The position numbers were made by a program, and so were the translations under genes. The notes beneath the pieces are model-generated. The model was not told the origin of the DNA. It worked only from the letters and a program-made list of their open reading frames with translations, and did no database searches. A stretch of DNA of 64,000 nt from Nemertoderma westbladi (lineage: Eukaryota; Animalia; Xenacoelomorpha), in contig JAUCBJ010006418.1 in NCBI GenBank assembly GCA_032718475.1, positions 1 through 64,000 on the forward strand. The letters are read 5' to 3'. Every line of letters begins with the position of its first letter. The first letter of the stretch is position 1. Shown here piece by piece: positions 12,669 to 51,628 of this stretch.

Positions 12669-15289
12669 GTAAGATATTTCTTTTATCCTTGAATTGTTAC
12701 TTTCTAGCTCTAATATACCCCAGATGTCGAGAGAAAATGAGTAACTATTTTCTCTAGGGAAAAAAGTTGTCCATTGATTTTACTTTATTCCCGGCAATAA
12801 AGTAAAATTAAATATTTTTTGGCGGAATTACTTAGAATTAATTGTATTGTGTTGAAAGAGCATCGACCTAGAAAAGGTTTGCAAGTAATTGTAGCAAAAT
12901 CCATTCACAAACTCAAAAGTTATTACAACTTTAGTATCTGCAAGGCGTACTATAAAAACGGAACTCAATAACCAATATTGGTTTATGTAGTTCAGCGGCT
13001 CTCTAGTTATGTAATAAATATTCGAGAACAATAAATTATTTTAACATTAAGTAAAGCAGCATCAGGAGTTGACGAGTGCAATAATTGGAATCGCAGTAAC
13101 TATGGAAGCAATGTAGTAAAATGCTACAGTTCAATTACAGCGTGCGGACGTTCTCCTGGAAGCTGTGGTGCGGTGTGAGTAAACACTCATCCACCACAGC
13201 TATAGTAAACGCCGTAGACCACCCCCTTCTGAGCCCCGCGATTCATCGCTATCTCTGGCTTCTCTTACTGCCATCCGTCGTCGGGCGGCGGCCCAGTTTA
13301 TATCGAATGGGTGTTACCATAAACTGTTCCGGGCAACAAAGGAAGGCAGCCCCTGATTGTATCTGCAAACGCGTCTGCGAGCGAGAGGGATCATGGACTC
13401 AGCTGTCACTATTTAGCACCAAATTCAACAATATTGAAACGAGATTTGCTCCTCTATATGCTGGACAACAACGATTCAAATTAACTGGCAACTGGCATAA
13501 ATAGTTCTGTGGGGTCTATACTGAATATGAGTCATGAGACCTTCTTTTCTATTTTTTCATACTTATTACAAGGAGGTATCCTTGTTTTTTTTTTCATTTC
13601 TGCACCCATTGCCTCTAACATAAGGCAAGGACGACCGAATCTGTGCAGCTACTGTATATTTTTTTTCATTATCTATTTAATAAACTGTTGCAGAAATCAC
13701 GTTATTTTATTTTCTTAAATACTTAGGCTCTTTTCACTGATAAATTAATAAAGATAAGCCAACTTTACTATGGATATTCATAATAATAATAAGATTTGTT
13801 GGTATTTTTAAAAACACTAGCAAGCTACTGTACCATTTCTATGATTAACACTAACTACCATACAAATTAAACATGTACCGAGTCGGAACTATGTTTCAGA
13901 ACATAAATCAACAGCCAAAAGAGCTATACAAAGGCAGAATAATGGTGACACGGGTTACACTAGTACCCCCCCCCCCCCCCCCCCCCCCCTGCCAGTAAAA
14001 TTTAATGAAATTAATAAGATGGCAAACAACGAAAACGTTTTTTTATGCCGTTTCTATCAAATTTAATGATGCTCGCATGGCTTTTGGTGAGGTCAGTTTG
14101 TAATAAGAGTTATCATTCTTACGAATACTGGAGTAGAATTTATAGTGCCAATCTGTCAATCTTATTGAGATGGTCATTTTGCTTAATGTGAAATATTTAG
14201 CTATAGTACATGTGAAAGAAACCGTAGCAAGTTTGGTATTGCTGTACCATAGGATAATACATAAAATTCTATGAATATACTGCAAAAACATATATTTTCT
14301 AGAATCCCGTATCAGAGCAATTTCTAAGAAAGGGGTAGGCCTATAATTTTAGGAAAAAATGGTATTATACAACATTTATAGAATAGTCTGGTTCATTTTT
14401 GCCGAAATACTGATGGCGAAGGCAAATTTGTATAATGGCTGGCATCCAACGGTTTTAAGCTAAATCGGGTGTGCTGATTCCGAATCCGTCTGATGCCAAG
14501 CTCAATTGTGAATTGTTGGGTCCCGTATCACCATGGCAACTGGAGGTCATTTGCAAAACACCACTTTCTATTGACTCTACAGAATTCTAACATTGACCTA
14601 CCCCCCCCCCCCCCCCCACACCCCCCCTAAACCGGCATCAAATAATCCATTGAGGTACATTTTAGAACCCAGTTGCCATGGCAACTGTTCGAAGTACGTC
14701 TTCAAATGTCGTTTTTACTGCAAATTTAGGTGAATTTTTGCAAATTTCAATAGTTTCCTAAACCATTGCCAAATACGTGTTCCCCTTGGGCTAAAATTTC
14801 CAAATATATTGTCAATATGACCCTCTATATTTGAAATGGTGGCGCCATCAAAATGGATTAGCAGTTGCCATGTATCCATGGAAACTAGCAAAAAATAACC
14901 TTGTGCAATGTTTCATCGCTTTACATATAGTTACTATCAGTTTAAAAAGAAATCCATTTAGGGTCAATTACCTTACATGTTATAACATGCAAGACAATTA
15001 TTTACCGACGCAGCAAGTCTTTTCTTATTACCATAGCAACGGGAAACATTTTGTAATATGTAGAATATCCGTCAGAAACATTTTCAGATGCATTTCAATA
15101 TGTTATATAGTCAACATTCATGATCACAAGCGAAGTCATTATTCTATTGTTACCATAGCAACGAGCATATTTTATTATTTATGTATTTTCAATATCGTTT
15201 TAGTATTTTATTCGCCTTAGAGGTTTATAATTTAAGGATTTTTGATAATTAAAAGTATATGGGTTCTTCTGTAGTTATTCTATTTGACA

Positions 15290-15935
15290 AAGTCATGTTT
15301 TATGGTCATAGCATGGTTCTATGGACTGGTTCCAGTCCTACCTGTCAGACAGAGGTCAAACTGTAGTCATTAGCAAATCGCAGTCTACTGTACAAGAGAT
15401 TACAGCTGTGGTGTACCGCAAGGTAGTATATTAGGTCCTCTGCTTTTTGTATGCTATGTAAATGATATGATAAGTAGTATAGATCCCGATTTTAAACTCA
15501 TTTTATATGCCGACGACAGTGCTCTTATTTTCTCTCATAAAGATCATATCGTACAGTGAAAAATATTTTCTCGAAAGTTAACAGTAGGCTTAGGTTTCTA
15601 TACAGAAATAAAAATAGTTTAAACACCGACTCCCGCAAGTTACTTTGCTCTTCTTTAATACAGTGTCACATGGACTATGCGTGCTCTTCTTGGTATGAAG
15701 GCTTAACCAAACAGCTTAAATGTAAATTACAAGTAGCTCAGAATAAAGTAGTACGATTTATTAAAGACTACAAACCTAGGCACCACCTAACTCCAGATGA
15801 CTTTTCTGAATCTGGACTACTTAACTTAGATAGTAGAGTTAAGCAGCTACGCCTTGTGCCATGTGCATAAAGTGTATAATGTTAAATGTCCCAATTTCCT
15901 AAAACAAAAATTCAACAGAGTACGCGATACACACT
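15290..15935 (+). mobile_element. Degenerate non-LTR RT fragment (CR1/L2-group-like)
   Basis: GVPQGSILGPLLF and LYADDS motifs, then HMDYACSSW..KLQVAQNKVVR; internally deleted and frameshifted. Confidence 0.85.
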
Positions 15936-16086
15936 ATTTTTTTAATGTCCATGTTATTTTATTAAAACATAATAAACGAGTAATGTCTTGGCCTAACCAA
16001 AACATTACTCCAAACACGTGGCTATTTCCGGTTTCAGGGGCACGGAAATTCCCCAACACGTAATAGTCGTTCTGAAAGTAACATAA

Positions 16087-16980
16087 TTACATTGTGGTCG
16101 GTTGTTTAACCCGGATGTTTTTCTTCAATCCTTTAATGCCGACCCCTTTGAGTTGCTTGAAGTCCTGCCGCTGTAAATGAATCCGTCCCAACTTACTCCT
16201 AAATACGTCGTAGCTCACATTCTTATTCGCTCTCCTCACCGTCGCGATCTGTTTAGGCCGTTTAGTAGCTGCCTTCATGGACTCCTCACTAGCCAGTCTA
16301 TGTCGCCTAGGGCATAGAGACATACTGGGTCCCATCTCTTGCAGACTTACATTAGGGGACGCCTCGTTCTGCCTGTCTAATAGAATCCGATAACTTCGAA
16401 CCTGAATCAATTTACCTACGAAAGTAAAACACAAAGCGAGTTCAAAACCTGAACGACATATTTTAGTCACTTCGCTACCGCGAAAAAAATCAACAAAGAA
16501 ATTTTTTAATTTCGCAGCAAAAGGATCGAAATCCCACTCCTCTCCGGTGAATACAAGACAAGGTTTAGTTCCTAGAGTGCAACGCAACGAACTACTGAAT
16601 TCCGTTAGCGAACGGAAGTCGTTGACACTGAATTCGAACATATCAAGGACTTGTTGATCGAAGGTTCGCCCCATTATCAAGTTATTCGGTCTCTTCTTCG
16701 CATGAGTGCCGACCGCAAATAAACTGCAGTCGTACTTCTTGCAGAAATATTCCAGTTTCGAATCATCTAGGAAAGGCCGCATAGCATTCTTCTTTTGCAT
16801 CAACATTCCCTCCAGTTTCTTAAAGGAATACAAGTCTTTTAGAAGAGTTGACATCTCAGAGTTACAGCCACTGCCTTTTATAAAAATCGCCTTTTTAGTA
16901 TTTTCTATAATTTTTGATTGTTTTTCTTCCAGAACGCGTTTTCCGTGTTTCGTCTTTGGCGGGTTTACAGCATTCTTCAT
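16087..16980 (-). CDS. RPF2: Ribosome production factor 2 homolog (Brix domain), intronless, 297 aa
   Basis: PKTKHGKRVLEE, RPFLDDSKLEYFCKKYDCSLF, HAKKRPNNLIMGR, FFVDFFRG, LQEMGPS and KLGRIHLQRQD match the RPF2 family; caccATG start context. Confidence 0.95.
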   Translation of the reverse strand: MKNAVNPPKTKHGKRVLEEKQSKIIENTKKAIFIKGSGCNSEMSTLLKDLYSFKKLEGMLMQKKNAMRPFLDDSKLEYFCKKYDCSLFAVGTHAKKRPNNLIMGRTFDQQVLDMFEFSVNDFRSLTEFSSSLRCTLGTKPCLVFTGEEWDFDPFAAKLKNFFVDFFRGSEVTKICRSGFELALCFTFVGKLIQVRSYRILLDRQNEASPNVSLQEMGPSMSLCPRRHRLASEESMKAATKRPKQIATVRRANKNVSYDVFRSKLGRIHLQRQDFKQLKGVGIKGLKKNIRVKQPTTM

Positions 16981-17591
16981 GGTGTGTGGTGTTGCAGTAT
17001 TTCGGATATGTTACGGTATCCACTTAAAGACTTCGGTCAGTACAGCAGTAGGTACCTACACTACAGACCTACATGTACTGGTACCATGTGCCATGGCCTA
17101 CTACACTTTTTTAGGACTTTGCTGTGAAATTAGCGTAGCCTGACTGTGCTGATTATCAGATTATGGTACTGTCAAACTGTGGTACAAGCTATAGGTATTA
17201 GTACGTTTGAACGACACTAGCCAAACAAGCCTAAAACCAGATATATAATGGTACCGGTACCGGTATAGCAGTATTGTGCACCACCTTGCGGATTGCATGG
17301 GTATTATTTATTTAGTTCTTTGAAGGGAATGTATTATTTTAATCTATATTACTTACTACACTATTATTACTACTATTACTATTATTTACTAGCTTAATTA
17401 TGCAATATTTTAGCTTAATCTATTAGTTTAATTACGATTTACTATGCGCGTACGTAATCTTAATTACAGTCTACCGTACATACATATTTCCAATATTATA
17501 ATTAATATTTACCCCGACTGAGGGTGTATCTTATTGTAAAAAACTATTACAAGCTAATAACGCTGTTGCGATACTGTTGTTTATTTCATAT

Positions 17592-17718
17592 GTTGGCCCT
17601 GAAAAGGGCCGTTTGGGTTGGTTAAGTTAGGTCGTACAGTAGTTGGCCCTGAAAAGGGCCGTTTGGGTTGAAGTCAGGTCGTAAAGTAGTTGGCCCTGTA
17701 AAGGGCCGTTTGGGTTGG
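17592..17718 (-). promoter_or_regulatory. Three tandem histone-mRNA-type 3' stem-loops
   Basis: Minus strand reads acccaaac-GGCCCT-TTTC-AGGGCC-aac at 17595-17610 and 17645-17660; a third copy with loop TTAC is at 17692-17707. Confidence 0.8.
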
Positions 17719-17744
17719 TTAAGGTATAAGGTACAGTATAGACA

Positions 17745-20700
17745 TGAGTTACTGAGTCACTCTCAACAAGTCACTCTCACTGAGTTACTGAGTCACTCCC
17801 ACTGAGTCACTCTCACTGAGTTACTGAGTCACTCTCAAAGAGTCACTCTCACTGAGTCACTCTCACTGAGTCACTCTCACAGAGTCACTCTCACTGAGTC
17901 GCTCTCAACCAGTCACTCTCACTGAGTCATTGAGTCACTCTCACTGAGTCACTCTCACTGAGTCACTCTCACTGAGTCACTCTCACTGAGTCACTCTCAA
18001 TGAGTCACTCTCACTGAGTCACTCTCAATGAGTCACTCTCGCTGAGTCACTCTCAATGAGTCACTCTCACTGAGTCACTATACTGAGTCACTGAGACACT
18101 CTCAATGAGTCACTCTCACTGAGTCACTCTCACTGAGTCACTCTCAACGAGTCACTCTCACTGAGTCATTGGGTCACTCTCACTGAGTCACTCTCACTGA
18201 GTTACTGAGTCACTCTCACTGAGTCACTGAGACACTCTCAATGCGTCACTCTCACTGAGTCACTCTCAATGGGTCACTCTCACTGAGTAACTCTCACTGA
18301 GTCACTCTCAACGAGTCGCTCTCGCTGAGTTACTGAGTCACTCCCACTGAGTCACTCTCACTGAGTTACTGAGTCACTCTCAAAGAGTCACTCTCACTGA
18401 GTCACTCTCACTAAGTCACTCTCACAGAGTCACTCTCACTGAGTCGCTCTCAACCAGTCACTCTCACTGAGTCATTGAGTCACTCTCACTGAGTCACTCT
18501 CACTGAGTCACTCTCACTGAGTCACTCTCACTGAGTCACTCTCAATGAGTCACTCTCACTGAGTCACTCTCAATGAGTCACTCTCGCTGAGTCACTCTCA
18601 ATGAGTCACTCTCACTGAGTCACTATACTGAGTCACTGAGACACTCTCAATGAGTCACTCTCACTGAGTCACTCTCACTGAGTCACTCTCAACGAGTCAC
18701 TCTCACTGAGTCATTGGGTCACTCTCACTGAGTCACTCTCACTGAGTTACTGAGTCACTCTCACTGAGTCACTGAGACACTCTCAATGCGTCACTCTCAC
18801 TGAGTCACTCTCAATGGGTCACTCTCACTGAGTAACTCTCACTGAGTCACTCTCAACGAGTCGCTCTCGCTGAGTTACTGAGTCACTCCCACTGAGTCAC
18901 TCTCACTGAGTCACTTTCACTGAGTTACTGAGTCACTCTCAAAGAATGACTCTCACTGAGTTACTCTCACAGAGTCACTCTCAACGAGTCACTCTCACTG
19001 AGTTACTGAGTCACGCCCGCTGAGTCACTCTCACTGAGTTACTGAGTCACTCTCAAAGAGTCACTCTCACTGAGTCACTCTCACTGAGTCATTGAGTCAC
19101 TCTCACCGAGTTACTGAGTCACTCTCAACAAGTCACTCTCACTGAGTTACTGAGTCACTCCCACTGAGTCACTCTCACTGAGTTACTGAGTCACTCTCAA
19201 AGAGTCACTCTCACTAAGTCACTCTCACAGAGTCACTCTCACTGAGTCGCTCTCAACCAGTCACTCTCACTGAGTCATTGAGTCACTCTCACTGAGTCAC
19301 TCTCACTGAGTTACGGAGTCACTCTCACTGAGTCACTCTCACTGAATAACTCTCAATGAGTCACTCTCACTGAGTCACTCTCAATGAGTCACTCTCACAG
19401 AGTCACTCTCAACGAGTCACTCTCACTGAGTTACTGAGTCACGCCCACTGAGTCACTCTCACTGAGTTACTGAGTCACTCTCAAAGAGTCACTCTCACTG
19501 AGTCACTCTCACAGAGCCACTCTCACTGAGTCGCTCTCAACCAGTCACTCTCACTGAGTCATTGAGTCACTCTCACTGAGTCACTCTCACTGAGTTACTG
19601 AGTCACTCTCAACGAGTCACTCTCACTGAGTTACTGAGTCACTCCCACTGAGTCACTCTCACTGAGTCACTCTCACTGAGTTACTGAGTCACTCTCAAAG
19701 AGTCACTCTCACTGAGTCACTCTCACAGAGTCACTCTCACTGAGTCGCTCTCAACCAGTCACTCTCACTGAGTCATTGAGTCACTCTCACTGAGTTACTG
19801 AGTCATTTTCACTGAGTCACTCTCACTGAGTCACTCTCAATGAGTCACTCTCACTGAGTCACTCTCAATGAGTCACTCTCACTGAGTCACTCTCAATGAG
19901 TCACTCTCACTGAGTCACTCTCACTGAGTCACTGAGACACTCTCAATGAGTCACTCTCACTGAGTCACTCTCACTGAGTCACTCTCACTGAGTCATTGAG
20001 TCACTCTCACTGAGTTACTGAGTCACTCTCACTGAGTCACTCTCACTGAGTCACTGAGACACTCTCAATGCGTCACTCTCACTGAGTCACTCTCAATGGG
20101 TCACTCTCACTGAGTCACTCTCACTGAGTCACTCTCAACGAGTCGCTCTCGCTGAGTTACTGAGTCACTCCCACTGAGTCACTCTCACTGAGTCACTTTC
20201 ACTGAGTTACTGAGTCACTCTCAAAGAATGACTCTCACTGAGTTACTCTCACAGAGTCACTCTCACTGAGTTACTGAGTCACGCCCACTGAGTCACTCTC
20301 ACTGAGTTACTGAGTCACTCTCAAAGAGTCACTCTCACTGAGTCACTCTCACAGAGTCACTCTCACTGAGTCGCTCTCAACCAGTCACTCTCACTGAGTC
20401 ATTGAGTCACTCTCACTGAGTCACTCTCACTGAGTTACTGAGTCACTCTCAACGAGTCACTCTCACTGAGTTACTGAGTCACTCCCACTGAGTCACTCTC
20501 ACTGAGTTACTGAGTCACTCTCAAAGAGTCACTCTCACTGAGTCACTCTCACAGAGTCACTCTCACTGAGTCGCTCTCAACCGGTCACTCTCACTGAGTC
20601 ATTGAGTCACTCTCACTGAGTCACTCTCACTGAGTTACTGAGTCACTCTCACTGAGTCACTCTCAATGAGTCACTCTCAATGAGTCACTCTCACTGAGTC

Positions 20701-20854
20701 ACTCTCACTGAGTCACTGAGACACTCTCAATGAGTCACTATCACTGAGTCATTGAGTCACTCTTACTGAGTTACTGAGTCACTCTCAATGAGTCATTGAG
20801 TCACTCTCACTGAGTTACTGAGTCACTCTCACTGAGTCACTCTGACTGAGTCAC
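17745..20854. repeat. 14-bp satellite (actgagtcactctc) with 8-bp subunits and higher-order repeats, about 3.1 kb
   Basis: Continuous array; the rare variant gtcactatactg recurs ~545 bp apart (18078, 18623). Confidence 0.97.
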
Positions 20855-21203
20855 AATTTATATTTTTTATTTCGATCCTTAGCTCTCCCTCTCACCTAGT
20901 AGGGAGTTAAAACTTTCTCTACTTTAAATTCGATGGAGGGGGGGGGGGGGGGGGTGTGGGGAATTTGGAACGGAATACAAATATCGGCAATAATAATTAT
21001 TGTAATATAAAATAAAATAAAATATAAATATTTCCATTGGGGTCTCCAATGAAAATATTTATGTTATATTTTATATTAAAGAATCAAACAACTAAATCGG
21101 AAGACCACAATAATAGTATTCCGTAGTACATTGGAAATAACCTGGAAGATTATATTTATTTTATGTTTCATTGTTTTCAGGTTTTTTTTATTTCCCTTTG
21201 CAG

Positions 21204-47044
<25,841 letters not shown>

Positions 47045-50000
47045 CAAATATTATTTATTTTGACACATTTCATTCCTACACTGTTGTTGTTATGTTATTA
47101 ATTTAAATATTTAATAATATAAATTAATATTCAATTCTTGAATTATCAAATGATCATATTATACATTCTGTAGCGTTTTCCGTAGCAGGCATGCAGCTAG
47201 TGAAATATGTTTATTCGAAATGTGAGACCCGCATTATGGTAGTAAATTAGACCCGGATTTACAACGGGGCCAGTGAGGCACGTGCCTCAGGGCCAAGAGA
47301 TCCGAGAGGCCACTTTCGTTTTAGTAACAGTAGAAAATTAAATAAATTCTAATATAACATTCCTCGCAGGATTAACAAAGTTCCAGTTTGAGTTACCCTT
47401 ATACCGGTCGGGCAACTTTTAGAGCAACTTAGCTAGTTTAACTGCAAAATAGTGGGTCATTTTATCTACTAGCTAGTTTTGGATAATTGAATTTGATTAT
47501 CCCGCTTTAATTCGCCAACGCAAATTCCTTCAAGTTGCCGTAAAAGTTGAGCAACTTTTTCAGCAACTTACGTGTTTACACGGAGCAAATTGATCGGCAA
47601 CCTGGGTTGCTCTACAAGTTGCCGAGAAAGTTGCTATACAAGTTGCCACTTGTAAAGAGGCCTTAATACTTTTATAATTTCGTTATCAATAAGCACACTA
47701 GACCGCATGGGCTGGGGGCCATTCTCCGCGTCAGTGGAGGCGAGTAAACAAAGTGAGTAAAACATAGGCCATGGTCAATATTGGGGTTAAACGGGGCTAG
47801 AAGATGATACTCATTAGTCGATTTGGCCCACTTCTTGGTACACTACTGAGTGGTACAGTTACAGTGTAGTGAATAAAAACATGATTGTGAATGGAGCCTA
47901 GAGCCAGAACATTCTAAATTGGCCGTTTAGCCCCAGACATTTCTAAATAAAACACGCTTTTGGTCGTTTGTCCCCCAATGAAGGAAACCTGCCTGGTTAT
48001 GTAATGATTAACCACCATGCGAGAATACCCTATTCTATCTCGAACTGTGGGCACCCATAGGTAGTACTCAAATTTAGACGAAAATTGACCATTGGTAATT
48101 AACCATTGCTTTTTCAGGCTTTGGATATTAACAATTATTATCATCATAGTGATAAAATTAAACTAAACGATAACTGAACAACAGAGAATGCAAACGCGAG
48201 CGAAGCAATTATACATTTTTTCCAAACAGGTCCTTCTGAAAATTTTGTTGCAAGGGTTTTCCGGGTCGGTGATTTCATTTCTAAAGTCAGTTTTCTCATT
48301 TGTCAGCGTAATGTCCGTATGAATTGCTGCCTGTCTGTCCGTCAAAATATAACCGACAGCTGAACAGACTATGTGGATGGCGTCAAACATGAAATCTGAT
48401 ATCGGAAATGAAATACTACCACAAAAACCCCTATTAATTTTTTAGCTAGTTGGTATGGCTTCCTAATACTTTAACAGACAGATTGCTGTACAGACAGACG
48501 TACTTACAGACATAGTAGGTTTTATTACAATTGAAAATTGACGTCAAAAATTAAATCCTAGAACAGGATAATCCCTATATTTACCTAGTTGGAAAACTTT
48601 CCTTATATTTGACAAACGGACTACAGACAGACAGACATAATAATTTTCGCTAAGAATGAAAACTGACTTCGGAAATGAAATCACCGACCAATAAAAGCGA
48701 AAACAATAAGTTTTAACTACAGTAGGTGGTATGATGTCCTCATATTTCGACAGACAGATCGAAGCCCCCTAGGGTCAAAAGTTCAGAAATTTGTTTTTTA
48801 TTACAACCTAGGATTTCACATCTGATAACGGCTTAGCGAAATCTATTTTCGTTCTTGAGTTGTCATGGAATCTCTGTCTGCCATTTGTCCGCCAAAATGT
48901 AAAACAGACAGAACCTACAGATTGGATTCCATCAAATATTAAAACTGATATCAGAAATCAAAAATAAGCGATTCAGAAAACCCCCGAAATTAACTGAACA
49001 TGTTAGGTGTTCTTCCTTCGTACTAGACATTATTAAACAAGCGCACCCCAAAAAGGCTGATGTTGTACGTGGGAAGGTTTGAACTTTGAAGGCAATTATC
49101 TCGGAATGACATTTTTTCACTCCTCCGATATTTCATGACCGTGTTTTGATATATGTGCTTTATGATATATAAATGAGCTGTTTCCAAAAATCTAGTAACC
49201 AAAAATGAAAATAAATGGAAAATATTCATATTGATATAGGATGAAAAGTTTAAAAACTGTAGGCCACCCGCCACACCCATTAAATTTTTAGGGACGGTTT
49301 ATGGTCAATGCTAATGTTCTAAATTATTATTTTCCTGGCATTTTCATAAATAATAGCTTGGGGGGGGGGGGGGGGGGTGGGGGGGAGGTAGCCCCCCTAC
49401 GGTTTTTTCTTATGTTGTATTTGTCTCCAATGAGGTTGAAAAATGCATAGAAAATGATATACTGTACCATCGAAAAGAGGATCATCAAAAGTACAAAAAA
49501 TTTGAAAAATAAAAATTTTTTGGCGCCCCCCTGCATGAGATTTCAAAAATTTCGCTAAAAAGACTACTCCTGCGCTATTTTTATATTTCGATACAACATT
49601 TTTCGGAACCAGCATGTTAATTTTCATCATATTATTCACTCACTTTTTTTATTTTCGTTTTCTATTTCTGATAATTGGCAATTTAATTTTGTAAAAAAAA
49701 ATTCAAAATTTTTAAAAACTGAAAATATCCATGCTTTTTGTAAGCGGATTCAATTCCCTGCACTACCTAGCGTAAAATGGGGAAAGTGGCTTTTTACCAA
49801 TTATAGTTGGGAAGGTGACATTACTAATATAATGTTACCTAATAACCAACATAGGCAATACAGATTGCCAGCCACAAGCGGAGTTGAGAGGCCATAAACC
49901 ATCTAAAGGGGACAAAGGGGCTAGCAAGGAGGGATAATGGCAGCAGGGAGAGATTAATAGGTTAGCCAATGATGGGACAGGAAACCACGTGATTGAAGTG

Positions 50001-50903
50001 CATTCATTGGCCAGGCCACGTAGAGTAGTAGGAATAACCAATATGTGTTAGTAATATAACCGTTGCATTTATAGCTTGTAATTCAGTTGGTATGTGTAGA
50101 GCTGTGGGACCGGAACGGTTTTTAACCGTCGTCGTTTACCGTGCTATTATATTCTGACATTACGAACAAATGCGTCAGTTTTAATATTTGGTGGAATATA
50201 GTCTGTCCGTCTGTCGGTTGTCGTTGTCAGTCTGTGGTGACAGATATTCCACGATAACTCGAGAACTAAAAGAGATCTCTCTAAGCCGAAATCCCCATTA
50301 GATTCTGCTCTAGATACAATAAAAAACAAATTTATGAATTTTTTTGCGAGGGGGTGGGGCTACCACCCCAACCCCCTTAAGATAACAATGGGTGTCTAAA
50401 AGGTTATATAAGATAAGAATGCATTTTCAAAAAGTTTATAGTGTTCACGGCCCGTTAAAGTTAAATTTTTTACTCATCAATCACTATTAGTTACATAATT
50501 TTGCTGACTTTCATGTGGCCATGTGGGGCGAGCGACGAAAGTAAGCGAGCTTAGCATTCAGGTACCACTAACTCAATCGGTGTGTCTGTGGGGCGAGCCA
50601 CGAAGTGAGTGAGCCTTAGCGTAGGGGTACCATTAATCAACCTGTGGGGCGAGCCACGAAGTGAGTGAGCCTTAGCGTAGTGGTACCATTAATCAACCTG
50701 TCGTTCTTGTTCAAGTTTAAACGTTAATAACTCGGCCAATCTTCGATGAAATCTATCCAAACTTGGTACACATGTTGTTTGCAAAAGTTTAGAAATTTTC
50801 CAAGTTGAATTTTCGTGTGGCCTTCGAGAAGCTAAGATAATAGCAGTTAATTAGTTAATTAAGTTGATTACGGTAAAAACACCATTTTCAACCTGCCTTT
50901 TAA

Positions 50904-51628
50904 GGGGGGGGGGGGGGGGGGGGGGGGTACACCATTCTGGTCCAAAATATGTCGAAATTTTTTTTATGGTCTATTATAATGCACCATTGAATGGTGTTTA
51001 CAAATCTGAAAACCGCTATGTAATAGCTCTTTTAGTTTTCATGTTATCTAAATTTTCATTTAGGGAATCCTATTGAAATTACTATTACTATGTATAATGA
51101 AAGGTCGATTATCTCCAAATATTTTTTTCATGAAATTGTCAACTTCAAAACCCTACTACTTCTACAATTTTTGAGTAATTAGTCTGAAACTTCCTGTGGG
51201 TGTCTAGAAAGCCACCCTGCATAAAAGTATCAGACAACTTTTCGAAATTTTTTGTTAATAAAATTTAATACTATTTATAAAAAACCTAAAAATTTGCATA
51301 AATTTGCAGCGCCACCTTGCGGTGCAGAATTATTTTAACAAAATTTCGCCTGATAGTTATGTTGCCCCATCTTTGATCTATCATATAAAAAATTTTCATG
51401 TGATTAGGTTCAAAACTATAAAAGCCTTAGGGTTTTAAGCGCAACCAAGTTTTTTTGTTGTTAACTAGTATTAACTAATATTAATTAGCGAAAATTTTTT
51501 TTTTTCTGACTTGTCATGTAGAATAGCATCTTAGGCATCTATATGCCAAATTTTAGCTAAAACCAAACAATTTTGAAACGCTGAGAGTGATAAATCGAAG
51601 AGTTGTCCGAAAATGGTGTACCCCCCCC
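50904..51628. mobile_element. Non-autonomous DNA transposon with TTAA TSD (Kolobok-like)
   Basis: TIRs g(n)tacaccatt / aatggtgtac(n); TTAA at 50900-50903 and 51629-51632; empty site in the sister copy (~60260-60280). Purine termini favour Kolobok over piggyBac. Confidence 0.8.

Noticed and set aside
14672-14685. Perfect X-box gttgccatggcaac
   Set aside because: It sits in a repeat-like region with several such motifs and no nearby gene start; it also shows that X-box matches alone are weak evidence here.
17592-17718. CRISPR-like repeat-spacer pattern
   Set aside because: Eukaryotic DNA, spacers resemble each other, no cas genes; the repeat is a histone stem-loop.
47900-50450. Short ORFs and gtct-rich segments downstream of SFMBT
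   Set aside because: Fragments of interspersed repeats (e.g. ~50170-50380 resembles ~55085-55300); no coding signal, and boundaries are not resolvable by eye.
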